Part shown: one piece after another, positions 1 to 9,801 of the stretch | Layout: each line of letters opens with the position of its first letter | Numbering within the stretch: position 1 is the stretch's first letter | Assembly (NCBI GenBank): GCA_038257035.1 | Contig: JBBSJT010000025.1 | Coordinates: 1-23,338 of the forward strand | DNA: 23,338 bases | DNA from: Chlamydiia bacterium | Lineage (GTDB): Bacteria; Chlamydiota; Chlamydiia; Chlamydiales; Parachlamydiaceae | Reading direction: 5' to 3' | The notes under the pieces: generated by a model | Database searches by the model: none | Seen by the model: the letters and a program-made list of their open reading frames with translations, nothing else | Told to the model about the DNA's origin: nothing | Program-made: the position numbers and the translations under genes

Positions 1-1
1 A

Positions 2-214
2 CTGCTCATGCATAAGCGTGAAATCAAAACTTTAAAAGTCGCTACCCAGGAAAAAGGTCTTGCACTGATTCCTCTCTCCTTCTACCTTGTTAAAGGCCGT
101 GTTAAAGTGCGTATTGCAATTGCCAAGGGTAAAAAACTTGGTGACAAACGCGAGACTGAAAAGAAACGGGACGATGTGAAACGCATGGCCCAAGCCATGA
201 AAAACCACAACTAA
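2..214 (+). CDS. smpB: SsrA-binding protein SmpB (5'-truncated by window edge)
   Basis: LLMHKREI...KGLALIPLSFY...VKVRIAIAKGKKLGDKRE is the typical SmpB C-terminal half; the frame is open to the window start. Confidence 0.95.
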   Translation: MLMHKREIKTLKVATQEKGLALIPLSFYLVKGRVKVRIAIAKGKKLGDKRETEKKRDDVKRMAQAMKNHN

Positions 215-215
215 C

Positions 216-638
216 ATGCTAAAACTTAAGATTTTGTCCATCGGAAAAACTAAGGAAGATTGGCTTGACATGGCCCTTGATGAATATATCAAGCGCCTAA
301 AACCTACCATGTCCATAGAATTTTGTCTTGTAAAAACAGATGAACAACTTCTTAATTTAACTGAAAAAGAACCTCTCATCATCTGCTTGGACCCAAAAGG
401 TATCAAGCTTACAAGCGAAGGCTTTGCAGATTACTTACAAAAAAAATTCATCGAAGGCGGCGCAAGGCTTGCCATTGTGATCGGCGGGTCTGACGGCCTG
501 CCAGCCAAATTAAAATCTCATAAAAACTTAATTAGCTTTTCTGATCTTACCATGACGCATCAGCTAATAAGGCTTATGCTGCTTGAGCAAGTTTACCGCG
601 CCTCAGAAATCCTGAAGGGCACTAAGTACCATAAATAG
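216..638 (+). CDS. rlmH: 23S rRNA pseudouridine-1915 N3-methyltransferase RlmH (SPOUT)
   Basis: ILSIGK, EYIKRL, LDPKGIKLTSEGFA, IGGSDG, LTMTHQLIRLMLLEQVYRA and C-terminal YHK motifs. Confidence 0.95.
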   Translation: MLKLKILSIGKTKEDWLDMALDEYIKRLKPTMSIEFCLVKTDEQLLNLTEKEPLIICLDPKGIKLTSEGFADYLQKKFIEGGARLAIVIGGSDGLPAKLKSHKNLISFSDLTMTHQLIRLMLLEQVYRASEILKGTKYHK

Positions 639-662
639 GGTACTTTAGATGACGTTAAGAAG

Positions 663-812
663 GGATTTTAAAGGACTAAAAGGACTAAAAGGACATTTCC
701 ACCCTTTTGACAATATTTTCAGGATAAATTTACTTTGAAAATACTTTCAAGACGGTGGGCATGTCCTTTTAGTCCTTTTTGTCCCTTTAGTCCTTTTTGT
801 CCTTTAAAATCC
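663..812. repeat. ~150 bp imperfect palindrome whose arms carry tandem 9-mers (AAAAGGACT-like)
   Basis: GGATTTTAAAGGAC (663-676) pairs with GTCCTTTAAAATCC (799-812); 3 units in the left arm, 5 in the right; the inner region is also self-complementary; lies between convergent rlmH and dus. Confidence 0.9.
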
Positions 813-828
813 AAAATCCTTTTTCAAA

Positions 829-1803
829 CTACTGGAGTGCCTCTTTGTAGAGCGGCAATGCAAGATCCAGGAAGTCAGTTAGCGATAAGTGGCTAGCCTG
901 CAGCATCTGTTGACGTTTTTCAAGCAGACGGGCGTTTGCTTTAAAAAGAAAGCCCATGAGCTGCTTCATCTTATTGACTTTACCTCTTTCTGGCATGCCT
1001 TCGGGCAAACCTGAAATAAACGTGGTTAAATACGTTAAAAGAGCCTCTTTTGATGCTTTATGAGAAGTGCCTGAAAAGTGTGCTTGGATTTCCTGAAAAA
1101 TAAAAGGGTTGATAATGCTACCACGACCTATCATTAATGCATCACATTTTGTGTGCTTTAGCATATTAAGTGCGTGATCAACCGTCAAAATGTCTCCGTT
1201 ACCAACTAAAGGGATTTGCAAAATAGATTTTGCCTCGGCGATCAAATCCCAATTTGCAGGAGGTCCATACCCTTCAACTTTTGTGCGTGGGTGCAATGTA
1301 ATGAATTTCACTCCGCTCTCTTCTGCCGCAAGTAAATTTTCTTTAAAAAGGGAAGTATCTTCATAGCCAGAACGCATTTTTAATGATACGGGAATGGAAA
1401 CTGCCATCACCATAGCGCGTGCAATTTTATTTAAAAGATTAGGTTCCTTTAAAAGGCCGGAGCCTGCCCCTTTACCGGTAACGGTGCCTGATGGACAACC
1501 GCAGTTTAGATCGATGCGAGGAGCGCCCTTTCTTTCAAGTTCAATTGCCATTTCGGCCATTAAATCAGGATCTACTCCCATGATTTGAGCGGCTAGTGGA
1601 ATAGGTGCAGTCTCTAGTGGATCATAAAATTTGCTTAAACTTGGAATATGGGCGTTCATTGGCACACGAATAAATTCGGTCGTTGCCTGATTGAAGCCAC
1701 CGACAGAGGCCATGGCTTTTCGAAATGCCCGGTCGCCAACGCCCTCCATTGGGGCTAAAATTAGCGTAGGGCATTCATTTGGATTTTTAGGCAAAAGAGT
1801 CAT
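829..1803 (-). CDS. tRNA-dihydrouridine synthase (Dus family)
   Basis: LAPMEG, DLNCGCP, GAGSGLL, VSLKMRSG, LHPRT, GNGDI and MIGRG motifs; subfamily not resolved. Confidence 0.92.
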   Translation of the reverse strand: MTLLPKNPNECPTLILAPMEGVGDRAFRKAMASVGGFNQATTEFIRVPMNAHIPSLSKFYDPLETAPIPLAAQIMGVDPDLMAEMAIELERKGAPRIDLNCGCPSGTVTGKGAGSGLLKEPNLLNKIARAMVMAVSIPVSLKMRSGYEDTSLFKENLLAAEESGVKFITLHPRTKVEGYGPPANWDLIAEAKSILQIPLVGNGDILTVDHALNMLKHTKCDALMIGRGSIINPFIFQEIQAHFSGTSHKASKEALLTYLTTFISGLPEGMPERGKVNKMKQLMGFLFKANARLLEKRQQMLQASHLSLTDFLDLALPLYKEALQ

Positions 1804-2085
1804 TTATCTTCTGGTGGTGATTGAGTGTAGACTACCGTTTAAAAAAAGTAAAACAAGCATAATAGGAAAGAAGATAATTGTCCAAAAGTAAACCCAAAAT
1901 CTGGATCCACCATAACGGTAACCGTATTGGGTATCACCAATTTCAAAGGTGGTATTAAAAAGGAAAAGATCAAAAGCGATTGGAAAGAAAAGAATTAACC
2001 AAAAGATTAGCCAAAAGACCGAGCCATTATAATGCAGTACTTTAAGTTTTTTTTCATATGGGTCATCCATCTTAAAATCGTCCAT
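1804..2085 (-). CDS. Small membrane protein with two repeated Trp/Phe-rich helices, function unknown
   Basis: GSVFWLIFWLILFFPI and GSRFWVYFWTIIFFPI; GGAGG RBS upstream; its stop abuts the dus ATG. Confidence 0.75.
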   Translation of the reverse strand: MDDFKMDDPYEKKLKVLHYNGSVFWLIFWLILFFPIAFDLFLFNTTFEIGDTQYGYRYGGSRFWVYFWTIIFFPIMLVLLFLNGSLHSITTRR

Positions 2086-2107
2086 CTTAAAACCTCCTGT
2101 TTAGATC

Positions 2108-2944
2108 CTAAATGCTACAAGGCAGACGCCCTGTTTTGTTGCAATAATCTTGATGATAATCTTCGGCAGCGTAAAAAACTGATGCCGGCTCTAAAATTGT
2201 TACAATGTCAAGACCTGTTCCTTTAAGCCTCAATATTATATTATCATTTATTTCTTTTTCTGTCTTTGTAAAATAAAAAATTGCGGATCTGTATTGACTT
2301 CCAATATCTGGCCCTTGGCGCATGTATTGTGTTGGATTGTGAATTTCAAAAAAATAGTTAACTAAAGTCTCATAACTTGTTACTTTTGGATCAAAAATCA
2401 GTTCTACGGCTTCGGCATGTCCCGTTTTTCCACTACACACTTCTTCGTAGGTTGGATTAACAGTAGTACCGCCAATGTAACCGGATGTGGCCTTTATAAC
2501 CCCTTTAAATTTTTTAAAACGATATTCTACCCCCCAAAAACAGCCGGCAGCAAAAATTGCTTTTTGATAACCTTCCTTGGTAAAAGCTGGGATAAATCTT
2601 AAGGAAATAGAATTGACACAATGTCTTGTATCTTTTTTAGTAAACGACTCCCCTAAAAAAACATGTCCAAGATGTGCATGGCAACGATTGCAGATAATTT
2701 CTGTACGACGACCATCTAAATCCGTTTTACGCTCTACGGCACCCGCAATTTCATCATCAAAACTTGGCCAGCCACACCCAGAGGAAAACTTATCTTCCGA
2801 AAGATAAAGTGGTAGATCGCAACGCTTGCAAACGTAAATACCAGGCTCCTTCGTCTCGTTATACTCACCGGTTCCTGGGAGTTCTGTCCCTTTTTGAACG
2901 ATGACCTTCTCTTCCTTTTCGGTCAATTTATGAAACTTTTCCAT
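2108..2944 (-). CDS. msrAB: Bifunctional methionine sulfoxide reductase, MsrB-MsrA fusion
   Basis: MsrB motifs GTE, CxxC, GCGWPSF, HLGHVF, RHCVNS, followed by MsrA motifs AGCFWG, GHAEAV, GSQYRS, AEDYHQ. ATG at 2944 has GGAG 6 nt upstream; the ORF extends to 2968. Confidence 0.93.
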   Translation of the reverse strand: MEKFHKLTEKEEKVIVQKGTELPGTGEYNETKEPGIYVCKRCDLPLYLSEDKFSSGCGWPSFDDEIAGAVERKTDLDGRRTEIICNRCHAHLGHVFLGESFTKKDTRHCVNSISLRFIPAFTKEGYQKAIFAAGCFWGVEYRFKKFKGVIKATSGYIGGTTVNPTYEEVCSGKTGHAEAVELIFDPKVTSYETLVNYFFEIHNPTQYMRQGPDIGSQYRSAIFYFTKTEKEINDNIILRLKGTGLDIVTILEPASVFYAAEDYHQDYCNKTGRLPCSI

Positions 2945-3096
2945 AGCGCACTCCAATGGTTTATTCATTTTTTTACCACAGAGAGGCTTTTATTACCAGA
3001 TAGTTAAGAGAAGAGGAAAAAAGTACCCATAAGTGACTATTTACCCCCCTTCCCTTAAACTTTTTACAGGACTAAAGCGCAAAAGCGCCTCCTTAC

Positions 3097-4287
3097 TCAA
3101 GATTTGAAAGCAGCAAGTTTATAATATTTAAAAGCTTTCTCATGGCTTTGAGGGGCATGCTGGCCATTTTCATAATTTCTGGCTGTTTGGTATAGGGTTT
3201 GAGCATTTCCATGACAGCCAGCATTCTTATAATAATTGAAGGCCTTTTCTAAATTAATTTCAGTACCCAAACCTTTTTCATAGACTAGACCTAAATAATA
3301 ATAAAGATTTGCTTTATCCGAATTGGTTGTTTTAATATCAAGATTAAACGAATTTTCAGCTAATTTGAAATACTTAAAAGCCTCGTCCAAATTTTTAACA
3401 GTTCCAACACCATAGAAATAGCAATCAGCTAATTCAATCAATGCTTTCCAGCTGTATTTTTTTTCATCGACACATTTTTTAAAATAGTTAAATGCACATT
3501 TTGGTTGGGCTTTAACTCCTTTACCGTCTTTATACATAAGTGCAAGTTCAAACTGGGCAAGGTTATGCCCCTGATCAGCAGCAAGCTTGCAATAAGCAAA
3601 AGCTTTATTAATATCTTTAAAAGTGCCTATTCCATTTAGATAACAAATAAACATCTTATATTGGGCCTCAGGAAACCCTCCGTCAGCACTAAGCTTATAA
3701 AATTCAAAGCTTTTCTGTTTATTTCCTGAATCTTCATAGGATTTGGCAACTTCAAATTCTGCTGGATGAAACTTTTGATTTGCGCTAAGTTGAAAATATT
3801 TTTTAGCTTCTACGTTATGAAAAATGCCTCCTTGACCTGTTTTATAACAACAACCAAAAACATATTGAGCCTCAGGGTTTGCAAAAGGCTTCTTCAAATA
3901 GTCTGTAAGTGGATCCAATAAATTAAATGCTGATATATAATTATCGTTTTTAATGAATCCCCCACACTCAGCGACAATATTTTTAATCTTCTTGAAATAT
4001 GCAATATAAATTTCTTTTGGTTCCAAATCTTTTTCATTAATAAAATTTATTTTTTTCAAAAAGTCAAATTCAGTGACAATACAATTTTTCAAATAAGCTT
4101 TCGCCTCAGAAGAGAGACTTGAATGATACATAGCCTTACTGCACTGAGATGCCTTTGCAGCTGTTGCAGGATTAACACCTATATAATTTTCAGATGTTCC
4201 GTATAAAACTAACTTCATAACAGTGTCGGTGTCATTATATGTTATTTCTGATAAATTAGGCTGAAAATTATCGTATGCTCTTTTCAT
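3097..4287 (-). CDS. Sel1-like repeat protein with degenerate F-box-like N-terminus
   Basis: Repeats such as AQYVFGCCYKTGQG and AFAYCKLAADQGHNLAQFELA; N-terminal LVLYGT motif shared with the paralogs. Confidence 0.88.
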   Translation of the reverse strand: MKRAYDNFQPNLSEITYNDTDTVMKLVLYGTSENYIGVNPATAAKASQCSKAMYHSSLSSEAKAYLKNCIVTEFDFLKKINFINEKDLEPKEIYIAYFKKIKNIVAECGGFIKNDNYISAFNLLDPLTDYLKKPFANPEAQYVFGCCYKTGQGGIFHNVEAKKYFQLSANQKFHPAEFEVAKSYEDSGNKQKSFEFYKLSADGGFPEAQYKMFICYLNGIGTFKDINKAFAYCKLAADQGHNLAQFELALMYKDGKGVKAQPKCAFNYFKKCVDEKKYSWKALIELADCYFYGVGTVKNLDEAFKYFKLAENSFNLDIKTTNSDKANLYYYLGLVYEKGLGTEINLEKAFNYYKNAGCHGNAQTLYQTARNYENGQHAPQSHEKAFKYYKLAAFKS

Positions 4288-4518
4288 GAAGTTTCCTTAC
4301 TTTTGGGGTTGATTAGCATATAAATTAATGGTTTATTGTTTTAATTTAAATAAAAAAACGTTCGTTTTTCTTAAAAACTATTATTTTTATAAAATTTGAC
4401 CAAACCATCAAAAATATGTTGAATTCGGTAATGTGCTTTTGCTTTGCTGATAAAACCAATAAAGATTAAAGTGTCTCACTACATCTCTTATCCCGAGCAA
4501 GTTTACCCATACCCATTT

Positions 4519-7032
4519 TTATTTCTTGGAGGGGGTAACATTTTGAGTAGATGCCATTATATAATATCTCCTGGCTTCCACCAAGTCACATTCAGTACCA
4601 AGAGAGTATTGATAACAACGCGTAACGTCTTGTTGTGCTTGTTTATTTCCTTGATCAGCGCTTAATTTGTAGTATTTAAAAGCTTCCTTTAAATCAAGTG
4701 CAACCCCATCAGCAAATTCATAGCAGCGACCAACATTTTGTTGTGCAATGGCATTGCCTTGATCTGCACTTAATTTGTAATATTTAAAAGCTTGTATTGA
4801 ATCTAAATTAACTCCTTGACCATACTGGTAACAATATCCCAGATTTTTTTGTGCAACAGCATTACCTTGTTTTGCACTAAGAGTATAATAAAAAAACGCT
4901 TGTTTTGTATTAATAGGAAAACCATTAAAGCCTAACTGAAAAAGATAACCAAGGTTACATTGGGCGGCTTGATTTCCTTGATGGGCGCTTAATTCGTAAT
5001 ACCGAAGAGCATCTCTTAAGCTTAAATGTGTACCTTCACCATATTGGTAAAATTGACCCACATTATTTTGTGCAATAGCATTGCCTTTATCAGCGCTGAT
5101 TTTATAGCAATTAAAGGCCTCTTTAATATTAACATGGGTACCAAGACCGCTTTGATAAAAATGTCCAAGTTTATTTAATGCCTCAGCATGCCCCTGTTCA
5201 CCACTTTTTTTGTAATAGTTAAAAGCTTGCTTACAGTCCATTTTAATGCCAAAACCATTCTGGTAACACAATCCAACCATATACTGTGCCTCAACATGGC
5301 CCTGATCTGCACTTAGCTTGCAATATTTAAATGCTTCATTCGGATTTTTATTTGTCGCCCCGCTCAAAAGAAGACTCATTCCATATTGCGCATCTGCATT
5401 CCCTTGATCGGCAGGAATTTTATATTCTTTTAAGTTAGAAATCAGTTTTTCTTTTCCTCGAACTTCATTTTGACTACAAGACATTTCATAATTAGAAAAA
5501 GCTTCTTTTAAATTAATGGCAACTCCAAGTCCATGTTCATAGAAAAACCCAAGATGGTAAAATGCAGCATCACATTTTTTTTCTGCACTTAACTTATAAT
5601 TTTTTAAAGCCAATTCATAATTAATAGGTGTACCCAAACCATTTTCATAACAATGTCCAAGGTTGTTTAAGGCAACCGGATTTCCTTGGCAAGCACTACG
5701 AGTATAATACTTAAAAGCTTCATCTTCATTAATAGCAGTACCGATACCGTTGGCGTAGCACAATGCAAGAAGAAGCTCGCCTTGATTATTTCCTTGATTG
5801 GCGCTCATTTGATAATATTTAAACGCCTCTTCAAGTTTAATCCAGGTGCCAAGTCCAAATTCATACATATTTCCAAGATCACACTGTGAGGATGCATGGC
5901 CTTGGTCTGCAGAAAGCTTACAATATCTAAAAGCATCAACGAGATCCACCTTGGTTCCAACTCCATGTTTATAAGCAGAACTAAGACAGCTTTGAGCATT
6001 CATATTCCCCTGATCAGCTGATAGTTTATAATATTCCAAAGCTTTATCGATATTAATTTGAGTTCCCAGTCCATTTGAGTAACAATATCCAAGATTGTTT
6101 TGGCCGTTTGGATCCCCCTGATCAGCCGCAAGCTTGTAATAGTAAAAGGCTTTATTCAAATCAACCCCGAAGCCATATTTTCCAAGGTTATTTTGGTAGA
6201 GCCAACCAAGCAAATTCTGCGCTTTAGAATGACCCTGATTCGAGGCCAATGCCAAATATTTATAAGCATCATTATCTGATATATTTTTACAAATGTTTCC
6301 AAGAGCATACTGCGCTTCAGCATTCCCCTGATCAGCAGCTAATTTATAAAACCTTTTAGCTTCAGACCAATTAATAGGAATACCCAAGCCCAATTCATAA
6401 CAAACCCCAAGGCAATATTGAGCAATCGGATTTGCATTTAAATTAGCTAATTCTACATTTAGTATTCCTAAAATTTTAAAAACTTCTGCCTTATCAATAG
6501 ATTGATCTTTACTTTGGATCACACTTAGACAATATAAAGACATTTTATTAATCATATCTATTTTATTTTCAAATGCAGACTTCCATAAATCCGGCTCGTT
6601 GAAATGAATTGCATAAAAGATACGAGAAGCCTCAGTATTAAACGGCAGATGTTTTAGGCAATAAAGGTCTGCCGCTTCTTTCATCTCTTTTTTTTGGGAA
6701 TTCATTATATGAAGATCATTGGAATATTTAGAAAATAAATTTTTCCATTTCACATTTATTTGGAAAGGCTCATTGGTTACAGATGTTTTGAATTTCTCAT
6801 AAAATTTTTCTTTCCAATAACCTATTGCTTCAGAAGAATTGTTCATTTCGTAAAATGCTTTTGACGCTGCAGTCATACTAACTGCATTTTTTATTTCCAG
6901 ACCTTTGTAACCCTCACTTGTTCCAAAAATAACGAGCTGAAGAGCAAGATTAAGATTGTTTTGACGAACTTCTTCAATCTTCTGCTCTGTATAAATTGTG
7001 GGGATAATTGGATTATTTACAATGCGTTTCAT
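4519..7032 (-). CDS. Sel1-like repeat protein, 837 aa
   Basis: Many 36-aa AFxYYKLSADQGNxxAQxxLGxCYxxGxG units after a ~200-aa N-terminal domain. Confidence 0.92.
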   Translation of the reverse strand: MKRIVNNPIIPTIYTEQKIEEVRQNNLNLALQLVIFGTSEGYKGLEIKNAVSMTAASKAFYEMNNSSEAIGYWKEKFYEKFKTSVTNEPFQINVKWKNLFSKYSNDLHIMNSQKKEMKEAADLYCLKHLPFNTEASRIFYAIHFNEPDLWKSAFENKIDMINKMSLYCLSVIQSKDQSIDKAEVFKILGILNVELANLNANPIAQYCLGVCYELGLGIPINWSEAKRFYKLAADQGNAEAQYALGNICKNISDNDAYKYLALASNQGHSKAQNLLGWLYQNNLGKYGFGVDLNKAFYYYKLAADQGDPNGQNNLGYCYSNGLGTQINIDKALEYYKLSADQGNMNAQSCLSSAYKHGVGTKVDLVDAFRYCKLSADQGHASSQCDLGNMYEFGLGTWIKLEEAFKYYQMSANQGNNQGELLLALCYANGIGTAINEDEAFKYYTRSACQGNPVALNNLGHCYENGLGTPINYELALKNYKLSAEKKCDAAFYHLGFFYEHGLGVAINLKEAFSNYEMSCSQNEVRGKEKLISNLKEYKIPADQGNADAQYGMSLLLSGATNKNPNEAFKYCKLSADQGHVEAQYMVGLCYQNGFGIKMDCKQAFNYYKKSGEQGHAEALNKLGHFYQSGLGTHVNIKEAFNCYKISADKGNAIAQNNVGQFYQYGEGTHLSLRDALRYYELSAHQGNQAAQCNLGYLFQLGFNGFPINTKQAFFYYTLSAKQGNAVAQKNLGYCYQYGQGVNLDSIQAFKYYKLSADQGNAIAQQNVGRCYEFADGVALDLKEAFKYYKLSADQGNKQAQQDVTRCYQYSLGTECDLVEARRYYIMASTQNVTPSKK

Positions 7033-7218
7033 GAATGACCTTTATAAGTTTTAAATTATTGTTATATTATAACTGATAAAAATATTAAAACAAACTGTTA
7101 TTTAATTTTATAACCCTTAAAAAACACAACAAAGCAATAGTTAAAGATGTTAATAAAAAAAAGGAAGCATTTAAATTTTCATAATGAAATAAAAAGTGTA
7201 GGTTATTTAATTTTTGTG

Positions 7219-7253
7219 ATGAGTAGCGAGAGGTTTTACCTCTCGCTACTCAT
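7219..7253. terminator. Perfect 16-bp hairpin just downstream of the 774-aa Sel1 gene; possible terminator
   Basis: ATGAGTAGCGAGAGGT-ttt-ACCTCTCGCTACTCAT, 6 nt after the stop codon; no canonical U-tract. Confidence 0.5.
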
Positions 7254-7259
7254 TGCGTG

Positions 7260-9584
7260 TTAAGATTTTCTTAAAAATTGGTACTGTAAATTATTTTTAT
7301 AAAAGTAGCCCAAACGATCAAAGGCTGTTGCGTTTCCTTGATCGGCACTTAATTTATATAATTTAAAAGCTTGTTCCATATTTATTTGTGTGCCTTTGCC
7401 TTGCTGATAAAGCCAACCCAGATTACACTGACCGACTGCATCTCCTTTATCTGCTGCAAGTTTATAATAATTAAAGGCTTGAACATTATCTACAACTACA
7501 CCCTTGCCATCTTCAAAACACAAGCCTAAATTAACTTGCGCAACATTGTTACCTTGATCTGCAGCTATTTTATATAGGTTAAAAGCTGCCTCCAAATTAA
7601 CAGGAACACTATGGCCATTATAATGCATGTGTGCAAGATTTGTAATAGCCTCTACATTGCCTTGATCTGCAGCTAATGTAAAGTAGCTAAAGGCAAGACC
7701 CATATCTTGAGGTACACCTTGACCAATTTGATACATAACAGCCACTGACTTTTGCCCCCAATCATTGCCTTGGTCAGCCGACAATTTATAAGCTTCAAAA
7801 GCTTTTACTAAATCAATAGGGGTGCCAATACCATGTCCATAGCAATGCCCTAAATTCATTTGGGCATCAGCATTGCCTTGCTCTGCAGATAATCTATAAT
7901 TTTCAAATGCAAGCATAGGTTGATTAGCTTGCTGAATTCTACCCACCATATTTTGGCCATTAGCATTTCCTTGACTTGCACTAGCCTGTGCATATCGAAA
8001 TGCTTCGGGCATATTATTATGCACGGTTCCAGTTAATATATGGCTCATCATATATTGTGCTTCGGAATCCCCTTTATCCGCCTCGAGTTTGTAAAATTTA
8101 AGATAAGTATCAAGTTCGATTTTTGCATCCTGTAATCCATTGTAGCAAGCATAATCTAAATTTTTAATAAATTCACTTAAATTACCCTTTAATTTATAGC
8201 ATTTACTAAGAAAAAACTGCGCGGCAATACTGTTGAAATCGCGAATATTTTTATCTGCAACCTTTTTTAAGCATTTAATTGCTTCATTTAAGTTAACCTC
8301 GGTTCCCGATCCATTTAAATAACATAAACCTAACTCATTTAAGGCTTGGCTATTGCCTGACATTGCTGCAAATTGAAAATATTTAAAAGCTTCATTCAAG
8401 TTGACAACAGAACCACAACCTTGTTTATAACATAAACCCACTTCAAATTGTGCATTATGATTTTGCTGGTCTGCACTAAGTTTGCAATATTTAAATGCTT
8501 TTTCAAGATTCAAAAGAGTTCCAGTTCCATTTCGATAAAAAGTACTAAGCGTATGTTGCGCGTGTGCGTTTCCAAGATCGGCCGCCATCTTATAATTTTC
8601 AAAACTTAAAGCCTTGTCGCCAAGTAGATTTAGATAAACAAATCCCAGATTTGATAATGCTGTATGGCAGCCTTGGTCTGCAGATAATTTGTAACAATTG
8701 ATCGCCTCGTCTAAATTTATGCCAGTACCTAAGCCTTTTTGATAGCAAAACCCGAGACTATCTAGGGCTGACATATGACCTTGATCTGCGCTTTTTTTAT
8801 AAAGTTCAAAAGCTTCATCAAATTTACCTTTAGAGTAGTTGATATTTGCGAGCAAGTATTGAGCATCTTTATTTCCTTGATCTGCACTCAGATCCAGATA
8901 AATACCAGCTAAATTTAGATTTACATCGGTACCGTAACCTAGTTGATAGCACACCCCAAGGCAGTATTGAGCAATAGGATCTTCATCGCCATCATCCCCG
9001 CTCAGCTTATCTTTAAAGTTGCTTAAAAGCTCAAATACCTCTTTTTTATCAATGGACTTGTCTTTACTGTTTATAATTTCTAAACAATAAAGGGCTATTG
9101 CATCCTCCATATCAAATTTGTTCTTTGTTGCAGTTTGCCGTAAGGGAACTGAATGCTTTTGAATAATACTAAATAAATTAGCACATTTTGCAGAAAAATT
9201 AGGGAGTTCTTTAGTAACAATGTAATGTTCCGTCTTTTCAACCATTTCTTTTTTAGCGTTATTCAAATGATGCAAATCATTCATGCATTTAGAAAATACA
9301 TTCTTCCACTTTACATTAACTTGGAATTGCTCATTTGTGAGAGAAGAATTAAATTTCTCGATAACTTGACCATTCCAGTATTCAGTCGGTAGTTCAGGAG
9401 CTGCACCCATTTCAGAAAATACTTTGCAAGTTGACTCCATGAGGGCAGCACTTTTTGGATCAAGTCCGGTACCATAAACGACAAGCTTAATAGCCTCTAA
9501 ATAGTTATCAAAATCCATTGTTATAGGTTCGGCATTTACAGGTGTTGAACTGGTATTACTCATTGTATTAAAATCACGTTGCAT
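7260..9584 (-). CDS. Sel1-like repeat protein, 774 aa
   Basis: Many 36-aa Sel1 units; N-terminal domain paralogous to the neighbours (VKWKNVFSK, SKDKSIDK, PIAQYCLGVCY). Confidence 0.92.
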   Translation of the reverse strand: MQRDFNTMSNTSSTPVNAEPITMDFDNYLEAIKLVVYGTGLDPKSAALMESTCKVFSEMGAAPELPTEYWNGQVIEKFNSSLTNEQFQVNVKWKNVFSKCMNDLHHLNNAKKEMVEKTEHYIVTKELPNFSAKCANLFSIIQKHSVPLRQTATKNKFDMEDAIALYCLEIINSKDKSIDKKEVFELLSNFKDKLSGDDGDEDPIAQYCLGVCYQLGYGTDVNLNLAGIYLDLSADQGNKDAQYLLANINYSKGKFDEAFELYKKSADQGHMSALDSLGFCYQKGLGTGINLDEAINCYKLSADQGCHTALSNLGFVYLNLLGDKALSFENYKMAADLGNAHAQHTLSTFYRNGTGTLLNLEKAFKYCKLSADQQNHNAQFEVGLCYKQGCGSVVNLNEAFKYFQFAAMSGNSQALNELGLCYLNGSGTEVNLNEAIKCLKKVADKNIRDFNSIAAQFFLSKCYKLKGNLSEFIKNLDYACYNGLQDAKIELDTYLKFYKLEADKGDSEAQYMMSHILTGTVHNNMPEAFRYAQASASQGNANGQNMVGRIQQANQPMLAFENYRLSAEQGNADAQMNLGHCYGHGIGTPIDLVKAFEAYKLSADQGNDWGQKSVAVMYQIGQGVPQDMGLAFSYFTLAADQGNVEAITNLAHMHYNGHSVPVNLEAAFNLYKIAADQGNNVAQVNLGLCFEDGKGVVVDNVQAFNYYKLAADKGDAVGQCNLGWLYQQGKGTQINMEQAFKLYKLSADQGNATAFDRLGYFYKNNLQYQFLRKS

Positions 9585-9617
9585 ATTTTCTCCTTAAATC
9601 ACGTTAATTAAATAATT

Positions 9618-9646
9618 ACTATACATTTTATCACAATAAAAGTCAA
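9618..9646 (-). promoter_or_regulatory. Putative sigma70-type promoter for the 774-aa Sel1 gene
   Basis: Minus strand TTGACT-17 nt-TATAGT, 33 nt upstream of the ATG, followed by an AAGGAG RBS. Confidence 0.6.
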
Positions 9647-9801
9647 CCCTAATAAACATCTATTTAATAAAACTATCATTTTAACAATAAACTTTTTTTG
9701 TAGAGATGCGTTTTATTTCAAATGGTTTGTAATAATTTTTAATAAAAATACAGATTTGCAATATTGATCATCAATTAGAAAATCCCTTTTCATTCTCTCT
9801 G

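Noticed and set aside
1..830. tmRNA or tRNA near smpB/rlmH
   Set aside because: No tRNA-like ends or cloverleaf seen; the intergenic space is occupied by the palindrome
32..2807. Short alternative ORFs overlapping smpB, rlmH, dus and msrAB
   Set aside because: They overlap confident genes on the other strand and have no recognisable features
4519..9584. Recurrent CCTTGATCTGC-like DNA repeats at ~108 bp spacing
   Set aside because: Fully explained by coding of the ADQG motif in Sel1 repeats
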